Part shown: positions 27,522 through 35,052 of the stretch, piece by piece
Numbering within the stretch: the first letter of the stretch is position 1
Layout of the letters: each line of letters begins with the position of its first letter
NCBI GenBank assembly: GCA_028711115.1
Contig: JAQTSV010000001.1
Span: forward strand, 198,032-262,031
DNA from: Candidatus Omnitrophota bacterium
GTDB lineage: Bacteria; Omnitrophota; Gorgyraeia; Velamenicoccales; JABMQK01
DNA: 64,000 nucleotides
Direction of reading: 5' to 3'
The notes under the pieces: model-generated
What the model saw: only the letters and a program-made list of their open reading frames with translations
Told to the model about the DNA's origin: nothing
Databases searched by the model: none
Program-made: the position numbers and the translations under genes

Positions 27522-27680
27522 ATGTACAGTCCAAAAATTAAAGAGGATTTGATAGGTAAGATGTTTCAGATTAAACAAAAGACTGGCAAGCCCATGACTC
27601 GACAAGTCAACGAAGCGATAAGAATGTATGTATCTAGGTTTGAGCAGAATGAAAGTAAGGAGGCAACCAGTGACAGATAA
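27522..27680 (+). CDS. small ribbon-helix-helix-like protein (52 aa, hand-translated)
   Basis: MYSPKIKEDLIGKMFQIKQKTGKPMTRQVNEAIRMYVSRFEQNE. AGGAG RBS is present. Below the ORF-track cutoff. Confidence 0.4.
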   Translation: MYSPKIKEDLIGKMFQIKQKTGKPMTRQVNEAIRMYVSRFEQNESKEATSDR

Positions 27681-27849
27681 TTACGATAATGTTTGTAGTT
27701 GCTGTGGAGATCAAGAAATTGATCCAGCTTATCACATCTGTGAGAAGTGTAGACGAAAGATACGAGATTTAGGCAGTAAAGAACGTAATGAAGACGAGAA
27801 TTCAAACATAAACGAAAAGGTTAAGGTGGAAAATGGAAATGTATCTTGA
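27670..27849 (+). CDS. small zinc-ribbon protein
   Basis: GTG start with AAGGAGG 7 nt upstream. Carries CSCC ... CEKC. This is the in-frame C-terminal part of the listed ORF 27628-27849. Confidence 0.3.
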   Translation: MTDNYDNVCSCCGDQEIDPAYHICEKCRRKIRDLGSKERNEDENSNINEKVKVENGNVS

Positions 27850-28003
27850 TAAAAAGGAATTAGCTAAGGTTTTGAATATTCCAATCACGTCTATCGATTA
27901 TTACAGAAGGGAAAAAGGCATGCCAAGCATAAAAATAGGCAAGCATAACAGATATGTTTTGAGTGACATTAGAAATTGGTTGGAGAAAACTAAACAAAAC
28001 TAA
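27833..28003 (+). CDS. xis: excisionase-type HTH protein (56 aa, hand-translated)
   Basis: MEMYLDKKELAKVLNIPITSIDYYRREKGMPSIKIGKHNRYVLSDIRNWLEK has the HTH_17/AlpA-like pattern. Its stop overlaps the integrase ATG (TAATG). Confidence 0.65.
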   Translation: MEMYLDKKELAKVLNIPITSIDYYRREKGMPSIKIGKHNRYVLSDIRNWLEKTKQN

Positions 28004-29082
28004 TGGCTAGAGTTGTTTCAAGAGGAGATAGTTGGCGTATCTGGTGGTATGTTGGGAAAGATAGGAAGTTTGCTTCTATTTCAAAAACTATTTTCCCGAA
28101 GAAGAAAGACGCCGAGAACGAAGCCCACAGGAGAGAATTTGGAGGAGTATTGACTAAAGATACCACCTTCAGAGATTTTGCCTTACAAGTTTTAGAGGGC
28201 AAGAGACCATCTGATAGGACAAGAGAGGTCTTTCTGGAGACTGTAAATCATTTTGACATTTTCATGAGGGGACGCTCCATCCAATTTATGAGGTATTATT
28301 CCGAGGCCTTGATTAATGAATACAAGAACGAAGCAAAGAACAGGGATAGGTCAAGCTCTTCCATCAATAGGGATATTACCTACTTAAAAGAAATCGGAAA
28401 GTATGCTTTTAGCAAACAACTCATTTCTAATTTTAATGAAAAAGAAATAAAAGAATTCCCTTTTATAAAAAAGAATTGGATTTTACCAACAAGGGAAGAA
28501 AGAGAAAGAATCCTTAAGTGGTTTAAGACGAACGAACCTTATTTCTATGCTTGGATGTATTTCATAATCACAAGGGGTTGGCGGCGAGACGAATTCAGAA
28601 CAATGTTAGTTAAAGATTTCAGTTTTGAAAATGAAGTACTATATATACAAAAAGCCAAAACAGAACCAAGAGCTGCGAAGCTTACACAAGAGGATTGCCG
28701 AGTCCTTAATGAGCATATTATTTTACTAAAGAAAATGAAGAAGTATAATCTGGATGGCTTGATGTATCCTCCACTCATAAAGGGAAATTTTATCGGGAGC
28801 GAAACATTAAACAATCGTCTTAAGAAGGCATGCAGGGATTTAGGGATAACTAAAAATATTACACCCCATCTTTTCAGACATTGGGTTGTCACGAATATAT
28901 TAGATAATACCGCTAATGTGGAAGTGGTAAAGGCTATAACAGGGCATAAAGACAGTCAAACAATCTTTAAGTATTATGCCCACGCTACGCCTGAGAATGT
29001 TGCTAAGGGGTTGGAAATAACAAGAGTTGATACAGGATTTTTGTCGAAAACTGTGCCAAAAACTGTGCCAAGAAAGGAGTAA
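28003..29082 (+). CDS. int: tyrosine integrase
   Basis: Carries ITRGWRRDEF (Arg I), HLFRHW (HxxR) and ITGHKDSQTIFKYYAH (His...Tyr). It ends 36 nt from the tRNA-Leu 3' end. Confidence 0.85.
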   Translation: MARVVSRGDSWRIWWYVGKDRKFASISKTIFPKKKDAENEAHRREFGGVLTKDTTFRDFALQVLEGKRPSDRTREVFLETVNHFDIFMRGRSIQFMRYYSEALINEYKNEAKNRDRSSSSINRDITYLKEIGKYAFSKQLISNFNEKEIKEFPFIKKNWILPTREERERILKWFKTNEPYFYAWMYFIITRGWRRDEFRTMLVKDFSFENEVLYIQKAKTEPRAAKLTQEDCRVLNEHIILLKKMKKYNLDGLMYPPLIKGNFIGSETLNNRLKKACRDLGITKNITPHLFRHWVVTNILDNTANVEVVKAITGHKDSQTIFKYYAHATPENVAKGLEITRVDTGFLSKTVPKTVPRKE

Positions 29083-29117
29083 AATCGTGTTTTGTCGACG
29101 AGCAGATAAAAATTTAA

Positions 29118-29200
29118 TGCCGAAGGTGGGAGTCGAACCCACATGTCCGTAAAGACACCGGTTTTTGAGACCGGCGTGTCTGCCATTCCACCACTTCGGC
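29118..29200 (-). tRNA. tRNA-Leu (anticodon CAA), no encoded CCA
   Basis: Hand-folded. Acceptor GCCGAAG/CTTCGGC, anticodon arm CCGGT-CTCAAAA-ACCGG, long variable arm, T arm GTGGG-TTCGACT-CCCAC. Confidence 0.85.
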
Positions 29201-29294
29201 AAAAATTAAACTTTTTTATAATCTTTACTAAAGAACTAGACCGGTTTTTCCCTCGCGTGTCCGCTCGGGACTTCGCTCGCTAAAGCTCGCTTCG

Positions 29295-29332
29295 TGAGAC
29301 CGGCGTGTCTGCCATTCCACCACTTCGGCAAA
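29295..29332 (-). repeat. 38-bp duplicate of the tRNA-Leu 5' half (pseudo-tRNA fragment)
   Basis: tgagaccggcgtgtctgccattccaccacttcggcaaa is identical to 29166-29203. That span is tRNA nt 1 to the anticodon loop, plus 3 flanking nt. Confidence 0.75.
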
Positions 29333-29349
29333 TCCTATAAAATTCCTAT

Positions 29350-29757
29350 CTATACAATTCCCTTATGTTTTAAGAAGAGGGATTTTACATTTCTTAAGTT
29401 AAGATACCACAATAAGAGGCAATGGTAAATAATGGAAACAAAATTTTTGTAATTGGAAGGTATGATTGTTTCCAGTGCGCCGTTTAATTCTATAATTTTT
29501 GAGAAAATAAGAATTTTACTTAATATGACTAACCAGGCTAAAAACATGAGCAATTCATAGGCCTGTCTGTTGAAACGTAAAAGACCAATACCCAAAAAGA
29601 AAGAAAGTGTAGAAGTGACATAGACAAAAATCAAGATATTCAGGGGTTTGGTATTAAAATTCAAAGCAATACTGAAAGAAAGGGTTGTAAATGTAATAAG
29701 CCCGATAGCGATTTCTACGGTAGATAATAATAAAATGCCTTTAGGTATTTTATTCAT
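29350..29757 (-). CDS. hypothetical polytopic membrane protein
   Basis: About four predicted TM helices. No family recognised. Confidence 0.35.
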   Translation of the reverse strand: MNKIPKGILLLSTVEIAIGLITFTTLSFSIALNFNTKPLNILIFVYVTSTLSFFLGIGLLRFNRQAYELLMFLAWLVILSKILIFSKIIELNGALETIIPSNYKNFVSIIYHCLLLWYLNLRNVKSLFLKHKGIV

Positions 29758-29815
29758 AATTTCGCTACTCGCCAGAACTTTCTATGAATGGCGCCGAAAC
29801 ATATTGTTTCGTATT

Positions 29816-29847
29816 CACCAGAACTTTCATTAATGAAAGTTCTGGTG
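29816..29847 (-). other. perfect 32-bp palindrome overlapping the tRNA-Ala 3' ACCA end
   Basis: caccagaactttcatt/aatgaaagttctggtg. No U-run follows on the tRNA strand. A related cgccagaactttc lies at about 29770. Confidence 0.5.
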
Positions 29848-29918
29848 GAGCTGATGGGGATCGAACCCACGGCCTCTTGACTGCCAGTCAAGCGCTCTCC
29901 CAGCTGAGCTACAGCCCC
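29843..29918 (-). tRNA. tRNA-Ala (anticodon GGC), CCA encoded
   Basis: GGGGCTGTAGCTCAGCTGGGAGAGCGCTTGACTGGCAGTCAAGAGGCCGTGGGTTCGATCCCCATCAGCTCCACCA. The G3:U70 identity pair is present. Confidence 0.9.
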
Positions 29919-29987
29919 GAATTAAAATAAGGCGTAAAGTAAAAAGTTTAATGTTCAAAGTTTTTTACGTAAGTATTGCGCCTATCA

Positions 29988-30026
29988 TCATATTATACGA
30001 GGGGAATAATGTCAAGGTTGACTTTA
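29988..30026 (-). promoter_or_regulatory. promoter with AAAGTCAACCTTGACA motif upstream of tRNA-Ala
   Basis: On the minus strand: aaagtcaaccTTGACA-N17-TATGAT, about 70 nt upstream of the tRNA 5' end. Confidence 0.5.
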
Positions 30027-30199
30027 AGCTGGTTCGGGTTACCTGACAACAAATTCATTCATCACGGAATGATTTAAGTTTATGATTTTATTAATCACCA
30101 ACTGTTTTTATTAAGGAAAATTTTCGAGGCAGGCAGGATGGCTGCGAGGATTTTAAAAAACTTTATACAACCTTATAGCTTGATATTATTTTTTTACTT

Positions 30200-30613
30200 T
30201 TAAAGCAGATACTCGTAGCCGCTAGATATACTGAAAGTGCCATTTTCATAGATATAAATTATATATGTTCCTATTCCGGCTGGTTTATCAAGAGTTGTCC
30301 TGACAGCTCGCCCAATACGCTCAACTCCGGTAGTGTAAGTAGGAGTACAAGTAAAATATTTTTTTTCTGGAACACCAGGTATAATTATATCTATGGTGTT
30401 TGCACTAGTTGAGTAACGTAAATATTGTGCATAATATCTAATCTGTGACTGGCGTATTGCAGAGAGCATATTTTTTGCCTCTGTCACCCTTGATTTCTCG
30501 ATAACTTTAATATATGTTGGCCAGGCAAGTGATACCAAAATTCCAATCACCACAATAACTATGATTAATTCCATCAGCGTGAAACCTTTTTTGGGAAATC
30601 TTTTTTCTTCCAT
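30200..30613 (-). CDS. type IV pilin-like protein (prepilin N-terminal methylation domain)
   Basis: KKGFTLMELIIVIVVIGILVSLAWP is a class III signal with G|FTLxE. Confidence 0.75.
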   Translation of the reverse strand: MEEKRFPKKGFTLMELIIVIVVIGILVSLAWPTYIKVIEKSRVTEAKNMLSAIRQSQIRYYAQYLRYSTSANTIDIIIPGVPEKKYFTCTPTYTTGVERIGRAVRTTLDKPAGIGTYIIYIYENGTFSISSGYEYLL

Positions 30614-30673
30614 TTGATTTTTTGGTTATATATTTTGCTACGGATTATTTTTTTTCACAGTACTTAATATATT

Positions 30674-30711
30674 ATTATATATAATCTATATTTTATGTCA
30701 AGTTTGACTTT
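30674..30711 (-). promoter_or_regulatory. near-consensus sigma70-type promoter of pilin gene 1
   Basis: On the minus strand: aaagtcaaacTTGACA-N16-TATAAT. Confidence 0.6.
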
Positions 30712-30891
30712 CAATTAGTTTGGATTTTCTGATAAAATACAAATTATTCGCCATATAAGGATTTGACTTTGCGATATTATTCCAGGCGGTTAGCATAAGC
30801 TTATTTATTTTTTTATAGAAGAAAGTTTCTGCGCAAAAGACAACTGTGAGGTTTTTGACTCTCGCACGATATTATAGTTTTTAAAAAATTC

Positions 30892-31284
30892 TTACAATAG
30901 ATAATCAAGGCTGGAATCATTTATGCTGAAATTGCCGTTTTCGTCAATATAAACTATATATGTTACGGGGATTACTCTTTCAGTTGTTGTTCTCGTGGCT
31001 CGTCCAACGCGACTAGATGTGGCGCCTACAGTGAGATATGTAAAATATCTTTGTAATATGGGCCTAAGAATATCAAGGCTATTTATATTGGTTGCGTAAG
31101 TGTAATATGCTGCGTAGTATCTAATTTGTGAATGTCGTATTGCAGAGAGCATATTTTTTGCCTCTGTTACCCTTGATTTCTCGACAACTATAGTATATTT
31201 TGGCCAGACAAAGGATATCAGGATCCCAATTACCACAATTACTATTATTAACTCCAGCAGCGTAAAGCCTTTTCTTTGCAACAT
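30892..31284 (-). CDS. type IV pilin-like protein, tandem paralog
   Basis: Carries RKGFTLLELIIVIVVIGILISFVWP. It shares EKSRVTEAKNMLSAIRxSQIRYYA with the neighbouring pilin. Confidence 0.75.
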   Translation of the reverse strand: MLQRKGFTLLELIIVIVVIGILISFVWPKYTIVVEKSRVTEAKNMLSAIRHSQIRYYAAYYTYATNINSLDILRPILQRYFTYLTVGATSSRVGRATRTTTERVIPVTYIVYIDENGNFSINDSSLDYLL

Positions 31285-31357
31285 TTCTTTTTTTATTTGA
31301 TTATTTGAGTTCTATATTTTTGATTATGGATTGCTTTTATTCTTTTTAATACTTATT

Positions 31358-31395
31358 ATTATATACAATGCATATTTTATGTCAAGGTTGACTTT
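31358..31395 (-). promoter_or_regulatory. near-consensus sigma70-type promoter of pilin gene 2
   Basis: On the minus strand: aaagtcaaccTTGACA-N16-TATAAT. Confidence 0.6.
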
Positions 31396-31421
31396 CGATT
31401 TCAGTATGTTAAAATATTCCA

Positions 31422-32264
31422 ATGTATATCGGTGTGCACGTTTCTATCGCCGGAAATATTGCTGAGGCCTTGGACAGGGCAAAGGCCTTAAGATGTAACG
31501 CCATGCAGATTTTTAGCCGCAATCCGCGGCAGTGGCGCCAGCTGGAATTATCCAGCCAGGACATAGAAGAATTTAAACAAAGGCGCAAAAAATATAAGAT
31601 AGAAAAAGTGGTAGTGCATATACCTTATCTTATTAATCTGGCGTCGCCTTATAAAACGCTTTACAGAAATTCCATAAAGGCATATATAGAGGATTTAAAG
31701 GAAGCCGATAATATCGGAGCTGAATTCCTGGTGACACACATGGGCAGCCACGCCGATACCTCCGAATTGGCCGGCATAGACAGATTTGCCTCTGCCTTAA
31801 ATACGATTTTCGATAAGACCAAAGGCATAAAGACAAAACTCCTGCTTGAAAATACTTCAGGCTCCGGCTCTTGGCTGGGATACAAATTTATTCATCACAG
31901 AATGATCTATAACAGAGTCAAACAGTCTGAGCGTCTGGGGATATGTCTGGATACGGCCCATGCCTTTACCGCTGGTTATGATTTAAAGTCAGAAATAGGC
32001 CTGAATTCCATGTTAAGTGAAATAGATGAATTAGTGGGCGTAAATCAGATAGAGGTTATTCATTTCAATGATTCCAAGAAAGATTTTTCCTCCCATCTGG
32101 ATCAGCATGAGAATATCGGAAAAGGAAAAATCGGGTTTTTGGCATTGCAGAGAATCATAAAGCACCCCAAATTAAAAAACTCGGTTTTTATATTGGAGAC
32201 GCCGAAGGTTGAAAAAGATGACGATAAGATGAATTTATCCATAGTAAAGAAAATGGCCAAATAA
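31422..32264 (+). CDS. nfo: endonuclease IV
   Basis: [50 protein letters not shown] and LLENTSG show the AP endonuclease 2 pattern. Confidence 0.9.
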   Translation: MYIGVHVSIAGNIAEALDRAKALRCNAMQIFSRNPRQWRQLELSSQDIEEFKQRRKKYKIEKVVVHIPYLINLASPYKTLYRNSIKAYIEDLKEADNIGAEFLVTHMGSHADTSELAGIDRFASALNTIFDKTKGIKTKLLLENTSGSGSWLGYKFIHHRMIYNRVKQSERLGICLDTAHAFTAGYDLKSEIGLNSMLSEIDELVGVNQIEVIHFNDSKKDFSSHLDQHENIGKGKIGFLALQRIIKHPKLKNSVFILETPKVEKDDDKMNLSIVKKMAK

Positions 32265-34702
32265 TGAAATACAACTTTAAAAAAATAGAAAAGAAGTGGC
32301 AGGATTTTTGGCAAAAATATAAAGTCTTTCAGGCTGATTTTAACCCTTCCCGGAAGAAATATTATTGCCTTGAGATGTTTCCGTATCCGTCGGGAAGAAT
32401 ACATATGGGCCATGTGCGCAATTATACCATCGGCGATGTAATCGCTAGATATAAATGTATGTGCGGATTTAATGTGCTGCATCCTATGGGTTTTGACGCC
32501 TTTGGCCAGCCCGCTGAGAATGCAGCCATAAAAAATAAGACACATCCGGGAATCTGGACAAATAAGTGCATCGAGTGGATGAAAAAAGAACTGATGCGCA
32601 TGGGATTTTCTTATGATTGGCAGCGAGAAATCTCCACCTGCAAAGATGATTACTATAAATGGAATCAGTGGATTTTCCTGAAGATGTTTGAAAAAGGCCT
32701 GGCTTATAAAAAGGCATCGAGTGTTAACTGGTGCCCCAGCTGCGAGACGACACTTGCCAATGAAGAGGTGGTGCAAGGCGGCTGCTGGAGATGCAATACT
32801 GCTGTTGTCCAGAAGGAATTAGAACAGTGGTTTTTAAAAATTACACAATATAGCGAGGAATTATTGGTGGATCTTAAAGAATTGACACAGTGGCCGCCCA
32901 GAGTTATCGCAATGCAGGAGAATTGGATTGGCAGGAGTTATGGTGTGGAAATTTATTTCCGGCTGGAGCCAAACGGCAAAATTATCTCTGTATTTACAAC
33001 GAGGGTCGATACTATTTTCGGAGCGACTTATATAGTGCTTGCGCCGGAACATCCTTTAGTGAAGGAGATAATTAAAAATAAACCGCAGGAAAAACAGGTT
33101 TTGGCTTTTATCGAGAAGGTGTCAAAAGAAACCAAGGTTGTCAGGACATCCGAAGATGTCAAAAAAGAGGGAATGTTTACCGGTGCATATGCAATTAATC
33201 CCGTAAATCAAGAAAAAATTCCTATCTGGGTGGCGGATTATGTGTTGATGGAATACGGCACAGGCGCGATTATGGCTGTGCCCACGCATGACCAGAGAGA
33301 TTTTTTATTTGCCAAAGAGCATAATCTGGCGATGAGGATTGTTATACAGAATAAAGAAAGCAGCTTAGAACTTTCTAAAATGGATCAGGCCTATGAAGGC
33401 GACGGCATTCAGGTAAATTCCGGGCAGTTCGACGGTATTTCCAATACAGAGGCAAAGGAAAAGATCGCCGCGTGGATGGAAGAAAAGCAAATCGGCAGAA
33501 AAGTAACTCACTGGCGGCTCAGGGACTGGCTGATTTCCCGTCAGAAATACTGGGGAACGCCCATACCCATTATTTATTGTGATAAATGCGGTATATTGGC
33601 TATGCCTTATGATGAGTTGCCGGTAAAATTACCTAAGAAGGCAGAATTTACCGGAGAAGGCGGCAGCCCGCTTTCCAAAGTAAAAAGTTTCGTCCAGGTA
33701 AAATGTCATAAATGCAAAGGCCGTGCGCGTCGGGATACAGACACCATGGCTACATTCATTGATTCCTCCTGGTATTTCTTAAGATTTTGCAGCCCCAAAT
33801 TTAAAGATGCGCCTTTTGATAAACAGGAAGTTAAATACTGGATGCCGGTAGACCAGTATATCGGCGGTATAGAACACGCAATACTGCATCTTTTATATTC
33901 CAGGTTTTTTACAAAATTTTTGCGCGACTTAGGGATGTTGAGTTTTAATGAGCCTTTTCAGAAACTGCTCACCCAGGGAATGGTTTTAAAAGAAGGCGAG
34001 GTAATGTCTAAATCAAAAGGCAACATCGTTGATCCCGACGAGATTATAAAAAAATACGGCGCTGATACTTTGAGGCTGTTTATTTTATTTGCGGCTCCGC
34101 CGGAGGCGGAATTGGACTGGAACGAGCGCGGCATGGAAGGCGCCTGGAGATTTTTAACTCGCGTCTGGAGGATGGTTATAGAAGTAAAAAACTGCAAAAA
34201 TACGACTTCTGCCGGAATGGACAGCCTGACAAAGAAAATGCACCAGACAATCAAGAAAGTCTCTAGTGATATGGAAGGCGGTTTTAAGTTTAATACCGCC
34301 ATAAGCAGCATTATGGAATTAGTTAATGAAATTTATCAGGCCAAAGAAAGAAATCTTGGCGCCAAAGAAATCAAGGAGGCAATTGAGACCACGGTTAAAT
34401 TATTAGCTGCTTTTACTCCGCATATCTCGGAAGAGATGTGGCTAGTGTTAGGCCATAAGGATTCCATATTCAAATCCGGCTGGCCCAGCTATAATGAGGA
34501 ATTCGCAAAGGAAAAGACCATTGATTTAGTTATCCAGGTAAACAGCAGGAACCGTTCGCGCATTGAAATCCCCGTCGGTATTTCAGAAGAAGAAATCCAC
34601 AAACTCGTTTTAAATGACGAAAGAACGAAACAGTGGATAAAGGATTCACCCGTCAAGAAATTCATCATCGTCCCCAATAAATTAGTAAACATATTAATTT
34701 AA
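32264..34702 (+). CDS. leuS: leucyl-tRNA synthetase
   Basis: Carries [15 protein letters not shown] (HIGH) and VMSKSKGN (KMSKS). Length of 812 aa fits. Confidence 0.95.
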   Translation: MKYNFKKIEKKWQDFWQKYKVFQADFNPSRKKYYCLEMFPYPSGRIHMGHVRNYTIGDVIARYKCMCGFNVLHPMGFDAFGQPAENAAIKNKTHPGIWTNKCIEWMKKELMRMGFSYDWQREISTCKDDYYKWNQWIFLKMFEKGLAYKKASSVNWCPSCETTLANEEVVQGGCWRCNTAVVQKELEQWFLKITQYSEELLVDLKELTQWPPRVIAMQENWIGRSYGVEIYFRLEPNGKIISVFTTRVDTIFGATYIVLAPEHPLVKEIIKNKPQEKQVLAFIEKVSKETKVVRTSEDVKKEGMFTGAYAINPVNQEKIPIWVADYVLMEYGTGAIMAVPTHDQRDFLFAKEHNLAMRIVIQNKESSLELSKMDQAYEGDGIQVNSGQFDGISNTEAKEKIAAWMEEKQIGRKVTHWRLRDWLISRQKYWGTPIPIIYCDKCGILAMPYDELPVKLPKKAEFTGEGGSPLSKVKSFVQVKCHKCKGRARRDTDTMATFIDSSWYFLRFCSPKFKDAPFDKQEVKYWMPVDQYIGGIEHAILHLLYSRFFTKFLRDLGMLSFNEPFQKLLTQGMVLKEGEVMSKSKGNIVDPDEIIKKYGADTLRLFILFAAPPEAELDWNERGMEGAWRFLTRVWRMVIEVKNCKNTTSAGMDSLTKKMHQTIKKVSSDMEGGFKFNTAISSIMELVNEIYQAKERNLGAKEIKEAIETTVKLLAAFTPHISEEMWLVLGHKDSIFKSGWPSYNEEFAKEKTIDLVIQVNSRNRSRIEIPVGISEEEIHKLVLNDERTKQWIKDSPVKKFIIVPNKLVNILI

Positions 34703-35052
34703 TGTTTGATTTAACATCGCAAGAAAAAAAGACGATTATCTTTGTCTTAAGCTTATGCATCTTGGGTATAGGCCTGGATTTCTTCAGAAAAAAGGCAGAC
34801 AGGATCGATTTAGTTAATTACAAGGCCTTAGAGGAACAATTAATAAAAAAGTCAGATATTAATAAAGCAGGTTTCTCGGAGCTGGCGAATATTCCCGGCG
34901 TAGGAGAAAGGCTGGCTTATTCTATAATAGATTATCGTAAGGCCAAAGGCGGCTTTAAGAATATTGAGGAACTGAAAGAAATAAAAGGCATAAAAGATAA
35001 GAAATTAGAACAGTTAAAAAAGTATCTGACGCTTGAAAATAACTCCCAGTAA
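34702..35052 (+). CDS. comEA: ComEA-like helix-hairpin-helix DNA-binding protein
   Basis: An N-terminal TM is followed by INKAGFSELANIPGVGERLAYSIIDYRKAKGGFKNIEELKEIKGI. Confidence 0.8.
   Translation: MFDLTSQEKKTIIFVLSLCILGIGLDFFRKKADRIDLVNYKALEEQLIKKSDINKAGFSELANIPGVGERLAYSIIDYRKAKGGFKNIEELKEIKGIKDKKLEQLKKYLTLENNSQ

Noticed and set aside
27310-27534. 74-aa minus-strand ORF in the AT-rich gap after the PrimPol gene
   Set aside because: It is a low-complexity Phe/Lys/Leu product of AT-rich repeat DNA. The region is better explained as a non-coding, origin-like spacer.
29100-29340. Repeated tRNA-like segments, considered as a possible CRISPR or other repeat array
   Set aside because: There are only two copies, and they are explained by tRNA-Leu and its 5'-half duplicate. 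No regular repeat-spacer periodicity appears anywhere in the window.
32102-32776. 224-aa minus-strand ORF spanning the nfo/leuS junction
   Set aside because: It is antisense to two confidently identified genes and has no recognisable motifs. It is a typical shadow ORF.
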